64,000 nucleotides of DNA from Octopus vulgaris (GCA_951406725.2 OX597814.1:162440001-162504000), one strand, 5' to 3'; shown: positions 29,949-44,601, numbered from the stretch's first letter. Notes: generated by a model from the sequence alone, not told the origin. Program-made: numbers and translations.

Positions 29949-29970
29949 AATAATAATAATGATAATGATG

Positions 29971-30017
<47 letters not shown>

Positions 30018-30445
30018 TATTATTATTATTATTATTATCATTATTATCCTTTCTACTAAAGGCACAAAGCCTGAAATTTTGGGGGAGGGGATGAGTCAAT
30101 TACATCGACCCTCACTGCGTAACTGGTAGCTCATTTATCGACCCTAAAAGGATGAAAGGCAAAATCGACCCCGGCAGCATCTGAACTCAGAACGTAAAAA
30201 CAGACAAAATACATATTTCTTTGCTACCCACAAGGGGCTAAACACAGAGGGGACAAACAAGGACAGATAAACGGATTAAGTCGATTATATACACCCCAGT
30301 GCGTAACTGGTACTTATTTCATCGACCCCGAAAGGATGAAAGGCAAAGTCGACCTCGGCGGAATTTGAACTCAGAACGTAACGACAAACGAAATACTGCT
30401 AAGCATTTCGTCCGGCGTGCTTAACGACTCTGCCAGCACGCCAAA
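29110..30445 (-). mobile_element. Four SINE family A copies separated by (AAT)n/(GAT)n tracts
   Basis: GACCCCGAAAGGATGAAAGGCAAAGTCGACCTCGG recurs at about 29205, 29755, 30140 and 30325. Confidence 0.88.
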
Positions 30446-30456
30446 TATTAATAAAT

Positions 30457-30619
30457 AGGCGTAGGCGTGTTTGTGTGATACGAAGCTTGCATCCCAACCG
30501 CATGATTCCTCGTTCGGTCTCACTGCGTGGCATCTTGGGCAAGTGTCTTCTACTATAACCTCAAGCCGACCAAAACCTTGTGAGAAGATTCGGTAGACAG
30601 AAACTGAAAGAAGCCCGTC

Positions 30620-30667
<48 letters not shown>

Positions 30668-30766
30668 TGCGTGTCATCTTGGGTATGTGTCTTCCACTAT
30701 AGCCTCGGGCCGACCAAAGCCTTGTGAGTGGATTTAGTAGACGGAAACTGAAAGAAGCTCGTTGTA

Positions 30767-30843
<77 letters not shown>

Positions 30844-31830
30844 ATATGTTTGTCCCCCCCCCCAACGTTGCTTGACAACCGATGGTGGTGTGTTTACGTC
30901 CACGTAACTTAGCGGTTCGGCAAAAGAGAAACGATAGCATAAGTACTAGGCTTCCAAAGAATAAGTCCTGGCGTCGATTTGCTCGACTAAAGGCGGTGCT
31001 CTAGCATGGCCGCAGTCAAGTGACTGAAACAAGAGTAAAAAAGATATATAACACACGCCCATACACCCTCCATAACGTACTTCCATATTTATGTCTGCAC
31101 ATACAGCTGCTCTCTATCTCTCTCGCAGACACATACATACGCGCGCACACACACACACACATACATCTGCGTGGATTAAGCGTAATTCTGGTAATTCCTC
31201 CACTGCGTGAGCCAGCTCAACATTTGCACTCCGTTCACCTCTCTCTCAGTGAAGTCACACTCAGCAATAGATATGTTTACTTTGCGTTTCCGTTTTCCAC
31301 CCGCAAGTCAATCTACTCCATTTATACACAGTTAATCAAATATATTCAACTTCACTCAGTGAAGAGCGCGTGTACGTGCGTACAATATATTTATTTTTTT
31401 ATATATATATTCTTTTATTCATTTATATATATATTCTTTTACATATACTTTTACATATATATTCTTTTATTTGTTTCAGTCATTTGACTTCACCCATGCT
31501 GGAGTACAGCCTTTAGTCGAACAAATCGACCCATACTTTGTAATCTTAGTACTTATTCTATCGGTCTCTTTTGCCGAACCGCTACGTTACAGGGACGTTA
31601 ACACACCAACATCGGTTTTCAAGCGATGGTTGGGGAATAAATACACACACACACTCTCTCCCTCTCACACACACTCACACTCATATATATATAACCAAAT
31701 CCACTTACAAAGCTTTGGTCAGCTTGAGGCTAAAGTAGAAGACACTTGCCGAAGATACCACGCAGTGGGACTGAACTTGGAACATTGTGGTTGGTAAGCA
31801 AGCTACTTACCACACATCCACTCCTGTGCC

Positions 31831-31832
<2 letters not shown>
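30457..31832. mobile_element. SINE family B copies (+ 30457-31045 with partial duplication, - 31460-31832)
   Basis: Family B motifs in opposite orientations flanking about 400 bp of unique DNA. Confidence 0.85.
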
Positions 31833-31913
<81 letters not shown>

Positions 31914-32053
31914 GTATATGTGTGTGAATACATGTGTATACATACATATATATACATCATATATATACACATATATGTATATATATACATACACACACGC
32001 AAATATATATGTATATATATATAACATATATTACATATGTATGTATGTATTTG

Positions 32054-32087
<34 letters not shown>

Positions 32088-32135
32088 TGTATATATATGC
32101 ATATATCTATGTCTGTCTGTTCCTCAATATAAACA

Positions 32136-32201
<66 letters not shown>

Positions 32202-33142
32202 TGCATACACATATACACACACAAAAATATATACAAGCATGCACACATAAATCTACATTTCACTGTGCACCCATCTTTTGTAACCTTCCATTCCATGCAT
32301 TTTCCTATAACTGTCACACCAAATTCTTCTCGCGTCTAAATTTCCTATCACTCATACTCGGTCGACAAGTATTTAGTTGAAACAAATACTTCACATATCC
32401 TAAAGTCACAGCCAGGGTTTGTCTTTGCCCACGTCCCTACTCTAGCTATGTTTTTTTTTTATCCATCAACAGTAGCCACACATATTTTTTTACTGCTGTG
32501 CTGACAACGCAACGCAAACATCAACGAGATCATACAACGTGCCAGAAATAACAGTCAAATATCCAACGATTCACACACAATAGTTATGTGCTGAGTTGGT
32601 TGCGTAATGGTATACTACAAGATAAATGCATTATTTCTGAAAACACGAGGGGACGTCCAAGGCTGGAAAGTATTTGATATTCGATCAAGTATACATGGGG
32701 GCTAAGTAAAAGCAAGGACGACAACGACAGTTGGCGTAAAACATGCTTCTAATTTAAGTAGAGTTGTAGTAGTACTGAAGAACGATATATAAGTAGATAT
32801 TGTGTGTCTGCATGTGTGTGTTCGTGTGTGTATTGAGGATATCTACATACGTATAAATGTTATAATACGGGTTGGCGCTCGCAATACCATAAAGCACGAC
32901 TTAGGGTGAAATAGCTGTGGTGTGGCTGGTGGAAAAGGGAGGGGTTAATGTCCGGAGCTAACGACGTCATGTAAATAAATCAATATATATAAATATACGG
33001 ATACATAAGTATATAAAAATACGTATTTGTATGTGTGTGTGTGTGTGTTGTGGTATGTGTATGTGTATGTCTGTATAAAACATTCACATAAAGATATAAA
33101 TACATATAGAAATAACATATATGCGTATTTTGTTCGTTTTGC

Positions 33143-33192
<50 letters not shown>

Positions 33193-33194
33193 TG

Positions 33195-34050
33195 TATGTG
33201 GTAAGAAGTTTGCTTTCCAACCACATGGTTTCAGGTTCAGTCCCACCACCACTTGACGACCGGTGTTGGCGTGTTTACGTCCCTATAATTTAGCGGTTCA
33301 GCATAATCGATCAATAGAATAAGTATCAGGCGTTAAAAAAGAGTACACTCGTTGATTCCTTCGACTAAAAATTCTTCATGGTGGTGCCCCAGCATGGCCG
33401 CAGCCTAATGACTAAAACAAGTATAAGATAAAAGATGTATGCACACACACACACATACACACGCATATACATATACATCCACATACATATATACACTCAT
33501 ACACACACATATACACACACAGACGCACACATACACACACAGACGCACATATATGAAAGCATGCATGTATCTATGTCTAATAACATATATAAATTAATTG
33601 ATTCTCCAACCACACTTCGCATAGAGAAAGAGGAGGGAAAGAGTAAAGTAGTGACAGAAAGAGAAACATAAGAGGTGAACAATGAGAGCTCATACAAGGT
33701 TTGATGGCAGACAAGAAGTTAAAAAAATAGTCATTCACACTCTCACAGTGAGAAAGAAAGAACCACAGATATAAACGAAAGAGGATAAGGAGAATGACAG
33801 AGAATTTATGGAAGGAGATATACAACTATTCTTTTATTCTTATTTTTGTTTCAGTCATTTGACTGCAGCTATGCTGGAGTACCGCTTTTAGTCGAGCAAA
33901 TCGATCCCAGGACTTATCCTTTGTAAGCCTAGTTATTCTATCGGTCTCTCTTGCCGAACCACTAAGTGACAGGGACATAAACACACCAGCATCGATGTTT
34001 GGGGCACAAACACAGACACACAAACACACACACACACACATACACACACA
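33195..34050. mobile_element. SINE family B partial copies (+ 33195-33435, - 33825-34050)
   Basis: Family B tail motifs in inverted orientation. Confidence 0.78.
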
Positions 34051-34783
34051 CACGAGATGCAGGAAAAGCAGTGAAATATGAACAGCTATGCAGACTTTAT
34101 GGAGTTAAAACTGAAGATATCACACATCATAAGCAGTTGTCCGAAAATGTCATCGCGGTATTATCTTCCGATGAGATATGTTGTAGCTCGGACACTCTAT
34201 AATGAAATCACTGGAACTGTGAAAATCTGTAAAACTTTCCAGAAGTTTATCATTTAAAAATATATGAGCATGTCTAGATATACAACTATATGCATGAGAA
34301 TACATACATAAAACAAAACATACAAATCAACATACATACATACATATGTACAAAAATACCCTGTCGTTGATGTTGAAATTCCAATGAAGGAGCCTTGAAT
34401 CTAGATTACAAACCGGTTCTTCCTCTATTGGTAAAAAAAATCTTGAAATAAAACTGAACTATGACATCCATGTATCTACCCATCCATCTATCTATACATG
34501 TCTTGAGAAAGCTAATTCGAAGACTACAGAACCAGTCTGTTACTGGAACTGTGAGCATGTCTAGACATGCAACTATATGCATGAGAATACATACGTTAAA
34601 AAAACCCATACAAATCTGCACGTATACGTACATACATACATACAAAAATTAACCTGTCCACAAACAGACCAGCAATAATGAAAATCAGAATAAATGGTCA
34701 ATACACACACATACGCGTGCGTGCGCGCACATCTAAATACACATACATATAATACACGCATACAAACATATATAAATATGTGC

Positions 34784-34834
<51 letters not shown>

Positions 34835-34914
34835 TATATGTATAAATATATATATATGCACAAATACAGATATACATATATATATATAAACTTATACATG
34901 TTTATACATAGATA

Positions 34915-34982
<68 letters not shown>

Positions 34983-36309
34983 TATGCAGAAACATACACT
35001 CACACTCACACAAACACACATATATATATGTATAAATATATATATATATACACACATGTATATATATATATATGCATAAATGCATTCCACACGCATATGC
35101 TCCTATCGGCCGTGTATGCCTCCCCTAACATACAAACATCTCCCTCTTTCTGTCTTTCCTTAGAATATTAATTATTATTTTACCATTATGCTGCGGCAGG
35201 CCGTGCTTCCCCACACTTCACCGTCAACCCGAGCACATGCTAAGAAACACAAAATCCTCATTCCGACTACTAAACACTAACGCCAACCCCGATACGTTCT
35301 TCACAATAAACTAATTGATTTGTTGAAAAGCATCAGATTCTACAACATAATATTGGCATTGTCTCTATAGTCATACTTCCCTCAAATTCTTCATCTATAA
35401 CACCGCTGCTCTTATCTCTGTAATAAAAAAAATTTTTTTACGCATCAATGAATCTAATTTTCACAAAGGAACATCCGCCCCTTTTCCATCCCCATATCAA
35501 CACTGCTACACACACACACACACACACACAACATCCTACTGACTTACAAATTAAACTTATCCACTTTGAGGTGTATTTTTTCTTTTTTTTTTTTTACCCA
35601 ATCTCAAAAGATAGACACAAATGTTTACGTATGCCATCAAACCATCCTCTCGCAACTGCACATGCCTTAAAGAACCCAAGGAAAATCACAGCCTTCAAAT
35701 AGAAGCAAACATATGGAAACTAAACCTACACCTAAAAGAAATCTCCCACCGTACTCATACACACACACATACGCACACACACACACACGCACACACACAC
35801 GCACGCACGCACGCACACACACACACATTCCTCACACTCCCGAGCTAAAGAGCTATGGCCGCCATTTAAAAGATTCCAAAGTCCGTGACTTCCCACCTTG
35901 AAGTAAAATGGGCTCTGAACTTTCCGACACTCATTATAAAATTATCACTCTACAATTCCGTCGAGTACTCTTTTTCTTTGAGATTACTTTGTCTTCTATG
36001 TTTCACTCATTTCAGTAAAAGGACTGCCGCCAAGCTGGAGTGCCACCTTGAAGGGTTTATGGTACTTGTTTTATTAGTCTCTTTTTGCCGAAGTACTACC
36101 TCACGGAGATATAAACAAACCAATAATAGTTGTTAAGTAGTGTGTGGGGAGTCGAGGAACAAACACAAACATGACAGGCTTCCACTCAATTTTCGTCTAC
36201 TAAATCAATTCACGAGGCATTGGTCGGCCCGGGGATACATCTTCAAGGTACTACCCAGCAGGACCGAACCCGAAATCAAGAGGTAACCACATAGCTACAC
36301 CTGCACCTA

Positions 36310-36520
36310 TATTCTTTCTTTCTACTGCAAGCACAAGCCTCAAATTTGGGGGAAGATTACATCGACCCAGGGCGTGACTGGTACTTAATTTATCGACCCC
36401 GAAAGGATGAAAGGCAAAGTCGACCTCGGTGGAATTTGAACTCAGAACGTAACGACAGACGAAATACCGCTATGCATTTCGTCCGGCGTGCTAACGATTC
36501 TGCCAATTAGTCGCCTTATA
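36310..36520 (-). mobile_element. SINE family A
   Basis: Full head and central domain on the minus strand. Confidence 0.88.
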
Positions 36521-36571
36521 CTTGCACCTGTATTATCTATACTTTTATTTGTCTGTATTGTTTATCAGACG

Positions 36572-36757
36572 CCATGATAGATCGTTAGCCACTACACACA
36601 TTTTTTTCTCTCCTTGTTTTTACTGTGTCCCTTTCTGTAGAAGAGCGTAGGCTCCAAACGTAAAAGACTTTTCTATTCCTGAGCGTTATACTAATACATC
36701 TGTTTGCTTTGTACACCACTTGTCTTCGTCTTTTGTTTTTTTCATAAACTCTCCCTA
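36572..36757 (+). mobile_element. Second copy of the 2803-3015 repeat
   Basis: CTTT-CTGTAGA-a-GAGC-gtag-GCTC-CAAACGTA-AAAG at 36631-36666, followed by shared downstream sequence (GAGCGTTATACTAATACA). Confidence 0.55.
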
Positions 36758-36901
36758 GTTTATGTCTATGCTGCTGACCACCTTGTGTTATTTCTCTAAG
36801 TTCATTTTCGTTGTAATTATGAACATTTTCCTAAATCATAATTATTTTATTCTCTTTTTTATGTATATGTCATCTGTTGGATTCAAAGTAGAAAAAATGC
36901 G

Positions 36902-36940
36902 GTGCTGGTGATGGATACTTAAGCTGAAACTCGTGTACAC
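36902..36940 (+). ncRNA. Degenerate minimal hammerhead-like motif
   Basis: GTG-CTGGTGA-tggatacttaagct-GAAA-CTCGTG-TA-CAC. Stem II is decayed and the core has A6G. Confidence 0.45.
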
Positions 36941-37859
36941 AGTTGTTCTCTTGTCTCTATACTATTTAGACAGCCGATTCTTAGTGACATGTCAGTTTTG
37001 GAGAAATTTTGATTCTTAAGTTTATCTCCAGTTCTCAGGCGGAGTTGATCGCAACTTGCACAAGATATCTGTTAATTGTTCTCTTGAAGAGAATTTCAAA
37101 TTCTATAAATCATGGCTTTATCTTGTGCAGTATTTGATATACTTTTATTCATCGCTGTGATGGCACAAGGCTTAGTAGTTAGAATGCAGGCCTCACGATC
37201 AGAGGATCATGTGATGGAATCCCGAGTTGAGGGTGCCTTGTGTTCTTCGGCACGGTTCTTCACTTCACGTTGTTCTGATCTATTTAGTTGTAAATGAATC
37301 CCAGTTTAGCGTTGGCGCAATTTTCTCTCTTTCCAATTATCACATTCTCAATGTTCCGCTTGGTCAAAACTGGGTGAGCCGAGAGCGTGCCTGTGTCTCT
37401 TCGTGACCACTTAGGCACCTAAAACAACTCGTGAAAGCGTGGCATAAGCTATAAGCTCATAGACCCTCAGGAGAGACGGGTAAGCTGTTTACATCCGTGT
37501 CACTCGTCACTCTGAATTACTCCTCTCAACTCATTTTCTTGTGTTTGTGTGTGTGTATATGTAAACGCTTGCATGCGAGTATGTGTGTGTACAACGGCAT
37601 GCAGATAATTAATCGTTAATTATTTCTGCTTATTTAATCACTTGCATTTCAATCCATATATGAATAAAAAGTGAAATATGTTTACTCATTTAAATGCTGT
37701 GTGGTTCAAACACGAATAATCCAAATGGCATAATGCAATTATTGACAGTATGAATAAAGCCACAAAAAATATGAACGTCATTTGAGATAATTTTTAAATG
37801 GCTTGGATTAGAAAAAAAAAAGTATTTTACTTTTAATATTCAATATTATATTTCACTTT

Positions 37860-38265
37860 AAGGCGGCGAGCTTGCAGAAACGTTAGCACGCCGGGCGAAA
37901 TGCGTAGCCATATTTCGTCTGCAGTTACGTTCTGAGTTCAAATTCCGCCGAGATCGACTTTGCCTTTCATCCTTTCGGGGTCGATTAAATAAGTACCAGT
38001 TACTCACTGGGGTCGATATAATCGACTTAATCCGTTTGTCTGTCCTTGTTTGTCCTCTCTGTGTTTAGCCTCTTATGGGTAGTAAAGAAATAGGTATTTC
38101 GTCTGTCGCTACGTTCTGAGTTCAAATTCCGCCCAGGTCGACTTTACCTTTTATCCTTTCGGGGTCGATTAAATAAGTACCAGTTGCGCACTGGGGTCGA
38201 TGTAATCATTTAATCCCCTCTCCTAAGCTGCTCTTGTGGCAAAAAAAAATTTGAAATCAATATTA
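37860..38265 (+). mobile_element. Dimeric SINE family A
   Basis: One head with the B-box/central domain present twice. Confidence 0.88.
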
Positions 38266-38792
38266 TACTTTCATTAAGTCCAACTACTTTGTCACTGTTT
38301 GATGGGTAAATGATTGAGGATTGTCCAACAATAGATTAAATTGAGTTTTCGAATCATAATTACAAATGATGGATACTTAGCAACCTTTGGTCATTATGCT
38401 GTGGAAGTCTTCAATGAAAAAAGTGACTATTTTTACCATATTCAATGAAGGAGACAAGTATAAAATTGTTGACCGAAAGTGAAAAACTGCTTTGTTTTGA
38501 TTAACGAACTACAAGAATGTTTCAAACGGATATCACTATTGACAACAGCTTCGGTTTAGGATATGTGCATGCCAGGAGGAGACACGTTGGAGGGAGAGTC
38601 GTTGAGGAGGTGACAGGATGTGTAACGAAAGATTTCAGACAAAAGACACTAAAATAATAATAATAATAATAAAGCTGAAGTGAAGATCAAATATATAGTG
38701 CGTGTGGTTAATTGGCAAGAAATATGACCATCCCCAAATATAAAAGTATATGTTTCAACCAACGATTTCACATCAGGAAGCGTATATATATA

Positions 38793-40417
38793 CAGTTGCG
38801 GCCAAAATGTTCAGAACGGCATTGTTTTCGTCAGAAAAGTTAGATATAATTTTTTATCAAAGTTGTTTTATATTCTATAATTTCCACAGACAATAAATAC
38901 GATATTATTTGTTATTGCCTGAGATTTTGGTGCAATTTGAGAGGATAATACAAAAGTTATGGATGATTTATTGATTTACTGCAAAACCCATGGCGGCCAA
39001 AATGATCTGAACGGTTGCTTTTACTCCGTGTTTTAGTATATTTAACCGGCGAACTCTAATGTTTTGAATTTGTTTACGTGACGGTTCGTTTACTAAACAT
39101 TAGTAAGAATATTTGCAGTGTACTTTGTTAATATAATGCCACTTACTCCGTTACCAATTCGTCAGCAGATTATTAAGCTTCGAAGGAAGGATAATTTAAG
39201 TATTGGATCTATTGCAAAGATTGTTAACAAGTCAAAAAGTGTTGTACACGGTATTCTTAAGGTCTACGATGATTGTGGTTCGTGTGAAGCAAGAAAGTTT
39301 ACAGGTAGGCCAAGAAAAACGACCAAGAGAGAAGATCGTGCTATGGTAAAGTTGGTTAAAAAGGACAGATTTAAAACTGCTGCTGCTGTTTCTCGGAAAA
39401 TGAGCATTGTATTGAAGAAAACTTTATCTCGAAAAACTGTCTCGTCGTTTAGTTGAACATGACCTACAAGCAAGAGCACCTGCAGTGAAGCCACTGATCA
39501 GCTCCAAGAATAAAAAATGTCGTCTTACCTTTGCAACCGAACATATGTTGTGGTCTCAAGAAAAATGGCAAACGGTGCATTTCAGTGATGAATCTAAGTT
39601 TATGCTATTTGGCTCAGATGGGAAAAGGTACATTCGTAGAAAAGTAGGTGAAAAATTGTTGCCTAAATGCCTTAAGACTAGTGTTAAATTCGGTGGAGGA
39701 AGTGTCATGGTTTGGGGAATGATATTTGGAGATGGTGTGGACCCTTTGGTGCGATTACATGGAAAGTTAAATGCAGGAGTTTATAAACAACTTGTAAAAG
39801 ATCATGTCTTGCCTGTGCTGAGAAATTCAACTAAGCGACCACCCATATTCACGCAGAACAATGCCCCATGTCACAAGGCTAAGGTGGTCATGAACTTCCT
39901 CAAGGCTGAAAAGGTTATTGTTATGGATTGGCCAGCTCAAAGCCCAGATCTCAATCCTATTGAAAATGTGTGGAATATTCTAGGAGAACGTTCGAAAGCC
40001 AGAAATCCTAAAACAACTGAGCAATTATGGAATGCCCTTCAGGAAGAATGGAATAAGATCACCCAGCAAGAAATTGAAAATTTAATTTCCTCATGCAGTC
40101 GAAGATGTCAGAGTGTGATTGAAGCTAAAGGGCTTCACACTAAATATTAAGTAATTCCAGTATTCTCAGTCATTTTTGATTATTTTGTTATTTTTTCAAC
40201 CGTTCTGATCATTTTGGCCGCAATAGGTTTTGCAATAAATCAATAAATCATCCATAACTTTTGTATTATCATCTTAAATTACACCAAAATCTCAGACAAT
40301 AAGAATTAATATTGTATTTATTGTCTGTGAAAATTACAGAATATAAAACAACTTTGATAAAAACTTATACCTACTTTTCTGACGAAAACAATGCCGTTCT
40401 GAACATTTTGGCCGCAA

Positions 40418-40420
<3 letters not shown>
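38793..40420 (+). mobile_element. Full-length Tc1 transposon of IR/DR type (about 225-bp TIRs, TA target)
   Basis: CAGTTGCGGCCAAAATGTTCAGAACGGC at 38793 and its exact reverse complement ending at 40420, flanked by TA. An inner direct repeat GCGGCCAAAATGATC(T/A)GAACGG lies about 200 bp inside each TIR. Confidence 0.97.
39136..40150 (+). pseudogene. Tc1 DD34E transposase, frameshifted near 39445 and with the second catalytic Asp changed to Asn
   Basis: GRPRK motif, FSDESKF, VKFGGGSVMVWG, QNNAPCH (normally QDNA), WPAQSPDLNPIENVW and GLHTKY*, split over two ORFs. Confidence 0.93.
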
Positions 40421-40453
<33 letters not shown>

Positions 40454-41224
40454 GTGTGTTCCCTCCTCCCCCAAACCTAGCGGTTCGGCAAAGTCACCGA
40501 TAGAATAAGTACCAGGCTTGTAAGAAAAATAAGTACAGGAGTCGATTCGTTCGACTCAATCTCTTGGAGTCAGTGCACACAGCACAACCGTAGTCTAACA
40601 AGTGAAATAATTATTTTACTGGTTAAAAGATAAAATGGCTGTTACAGAGTCATGGTTTGAAGCTGTATGCCTTGTAAGATTAAATAAAAGAAAAGAATAA
40701 AAAATAAATATAACACACACAGACAAAGAAAAAACAAAACAAACGTGTCTGCATCATCTGGAAGGCCATACATATATTAGCCAAACACTTAATAAATTTT
40801 GTGTTTCTCTTAGTGGTTCGAATGGCTAACTGAATGCACACAATGCCAAACGTCACATTTCTGCATTGCTTATAACTGAGAAAAAGTGTTTGAATGATAG
40901 CTATGGTAAAAGCTGTTAAAAGCTGTAGATCATCGATAGCTGGACTAGAGAAAAGTCATTTTAGATTTGCATCTCATTAACAAGTAACGGTCACTATTTG
41001 AATCACCTCCCACCACACCCATATGTATGAATATACATGTAAATATTATATGTGTTCTCTTCGCTGGAGACTGCTATAATGGCAGTGAGCGAGAGAGAGA
41101 GTGAGTGAGTGAGAGAGAGAGAGAAAGAAAGAGAGAGAGAGAGGAAGAGAAAGTGTATGTGCATAAGGGGAGAGAATCACTTCTAAGTTAGTATTTTTTT
41201 CTAGTTGAAGTTGGAAAATTCTTA

Positions 41225-41435
41225 TAGGCCTAACTGTGTGGTAAGTAGCTTGCTTACCAACCACATGGTTCCGGGTTCAGTCCCACTGCGTGGCACCTTG
41301 GGCAAGTGCCTTCTACTATATTCTCTCGAGCTATAGTAGTGGATTTGGTAGACGGGAACTGAAAGAAGCCCGTCGTATATGTATATATATATGCTCCAGC
41401 ATGGCCACAGTCAAATGACTAAAACAAATAAAAGA
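41225..41435 (+). mobile_element. SINE family B, internally deleted
   Basis: Near-consensus head joined directly to the tail. Confidence 0.85.
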
Positions 41436-41497
<62 letters not shown>

Positions 41498-41538
41498 TCA
41501 CATATAAATGCTGGAGCATATATATATATATATACACA

Positions 41539-41628
<90 letters not shown>

Positions 41629-42197
41629 CACGCATACATATTCATATATACATACGTACGTACATTTACACATGCACAAGTCTCAGTGCGTGCGCACGCG
41701 TGTATTGCCATTTCTTATTTTAAGTTCGTTCTCAAAATATTTCCGTTTGTGTTCTTCAGTTTGATTACAACATATAAAGTTCCGAAGCTCATCAATCAAT
41801 ATATTTAAAGGTAAGCAGCAGACATGCAGTCTTAGTTTCTCGACGAAACGTTTATTGTGTTATAGGTAGCCAGAGCAATGGTCTTAGTGCTTTCTTACTG
41901 TTAATATTACCACCGAGTTTCAGCGTTTGACTGCTGTTTTTTTTTTTGTTTTTTTTTACTTTTAAGAGATGTGATATTTGTTAGTGACGATTCTTTTTGT
42001 TAGTACGGTTTGTGCCAGTTATAGGAATGTGTAGTGTCTATATTAATGTTCCTGCTCTTATTAAGCATTTAGATTCGTTGGGTATTCTGCATTAAAAGCA
42101 AATTCTCCGTGTAATGAATTAATTCTTATAATAATCATCATAGGGAATAATTTCCTTAGCAGAGGAAGTAAATTTTCATCGGGATAAATATAATATA

Positions 42198-42235
<38 letters not shown>

Positions 42236-42244
42236 CATACACCC

Positions 42245-42710
42245 TCATCCATAATGTTCCCTTTGGCCAGACGCTCGACAAAGAGTACATTGTGGAGGTT
42301 CTGAGGGAATTCAGAAAGAGGTTTAGTCGCAAAAGGCCAGAGCTCTTTCACTCGGAAAGGTGGCACCTACAACAGGACAATGCGTTAGTCCACAATTCCA
42401 TTTTGGTAACACACCACTAGACAGAGATGGGTATGAAAACTGCCTCTCGCTCCCTGCGGTCAAGACCTTGAGACCTGTAATTTTTGATTTCCCCTCAAGC
42501 TGAAAGAGACAAGGAAAGTAACTGCGACAAGGATCCTGGACACCTTCACTTTGGAGGACTTCCAAAGTGGTCTTCAGGAAATGGGTGGAGGGTCACAACA
42601 AGTGCATTGTAGTCAGAGGACTCTACTTTGAAGGAGATTAGAGTTTTGTACTTCCTTGAAATTAATAAACGTCCCTCATGAAAGTCTGAAAACTTCTGGA
42701 ATGCATCTTG
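42245..42710 (+). mobile_element. Mariner transposase 3' remnant with right TIR
   Basis: Translates to VPFGQTLDKEYIVEVLREFRKRFSRKRPELFHSERWHLQQDNA and, further on, KCIVVRGLYFEGD*. Confidence 0.85.
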
Positions 42711-43477
42711 CACATATGCACGCACATACACGTGTGTGTGTGTATTTGTGTTTTTTCGTCGAGAACAGAGAGATTGAAAATACTCTGGCATTTTCTCCTG
42801 CTGGCTGGTGCTCTGGTCTTGAGTAATTAACTGAATAACTTAAACAGAAATATTTGGTTATGGATTTCCCAAGCGCATCATCAAGTACTAGGTTCCTTTT
42901 TAGGTACAGGAGGTAGGTTTTGAATTCAGAACATAATGAGGTGAAACAGATACCACAAGGCATCTCTTCTAACGAATTAAAATTCCATTTGGGATTTATT
43001 TAGTCACCTTGAAAACAGGAAAGGCAAAGTTGATTTAAGCGGGATCTGAACTCGGAGCGTAAAGAGTTGCAACAAATACCGAAAGTAGTCTATCTAAGAC
43101 TAATGTGTGTGTGTGTGTGAGCGTTTGTGTGTGTGTACATAAAGGGTGATAAATCTCTGTCGTTCGATTATGAAGATGCAGTTTGATCAAATGAAATGAC
43201 GTGTAAGTGGTTGAGTATTCCACAGACTCTTAACGCGATTATCAGGTAAAATCAGTGTGATACGGTGCGTAATAAGGTGGTTGTACCTTTTGAATTACAG
43301 GTACAATCCACCTGGGTGGCTTCTATACAGTCTCTGTCTACCCGTCTACCCGATTTTCACTCACAAGGTATAGGTGGATCTGAGGCAATAGAACTTGATT
43401 ATTTGCCCACGATGCCACATGGCAACATCGAACCCGGCACCTTGTGGTTGCCAAGCGAACCTCATAAACATTTGGCT

Positions 43478-43531
<54 letters not shown>

Positions 43532-44074
43532 TTACATTGTGGCTGTTAAGTAATAAATAAACATTTACTGATGAAAGGCCTTGATATTGGTTGTAGAGTC
43601 AAATTTATTATATATAGTGATTGATGTGACTTCAACTTTATTCTCTTGAGGATTATTCAAACAGTAAGCAAAAGGCAAATTTTGTAGCAGATATTTATAC
43701 ATAAAAAAAATTTCAATAAAAAATGTATGGTGGAAGGTGGAGATTTGTTTGTGTGAGGTGGTTTTTAAAATTTAGTTTGTTGTCAGACGAAGGTAGTAAA
43801 TAAAATTTTAATTTATGGCGTTGAAAATGCTTTTATATATATGACAAAGGAAAAATATAAATATTGGCCAATATATTGTAGGTAAATTAGACTTGTATAG
43901 GACTGAAATGTTTGAAATATAATCATATAAGAATAAATATAGACAACAAATATTCCTGTATTTTGCTCCCTGTATAAGCCTCGTGAAGCGATATTAGCAG
44001 TCACAATAAATATATGTGTGTACCTACCTACCTACCTACCTACATACGTATGTATATATGCATGCATGCATGTA

Positions 44075-44106
<32 letters not shown>

Positions 44107-44147
<41 letters not shown>

Positions 44148-44521
44148 CTGAAGTTGTCTGTGTGTGGCAGGTTTGGTTGCCTTCAACTAACACTATCTCC
44201 TCCGAGACCCTGCGTCGCAAGTTGACCAAAATTGAGAGCATGATTGAAGAAAGCTTGCTCTTCATTCCGTAGAAGATAAAATTCAAATCGGATCATGTTA
44301 AGACCAAAAATTATTTACATCAAAAAGGTGCTTTTTTTCTATGAAAATCCCTATTTTTTACGATGTTTTGACTGCTGTGTCGCCATTTTTCGGTGTATTT
44401 CAACCAGAAAAATGTTCACTTAAAGAGAATAACAAGCTACATAATGCAAAATTTTTACTTTTCAAAAATTCCAATTCTAAAGGGTCGTAACAAACCCGAG
44501 CAACGCCGGGCGATACTGCTA

Positions 44522-44522
<1 letters not shown>
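44107..44522 (+). mobile_element. Non-autonomous Helitron
   Basis: 5' TCTATATA start, subterminal hairpin CCCGAGCAACGCCGGG and 3' CTAG followed by T. A second copy lies at 57676. Confidence 0.85.

Positions 44523-44600
<78 letters not shown>

Positions 44601-44601
<1 letters not shown>

Noticed and set aside
29110-30445. Regularly recurring conserved 35-mer resembling a CRISPR array
   Set aside because: It is the central domain of tandem SINEs in a eukaryotic context with no cas genes.
37860-37950. tRNA-like A/B boxes
   Set aside because: These are SINE heads without a complete cloverleaf, not tRNA genes.
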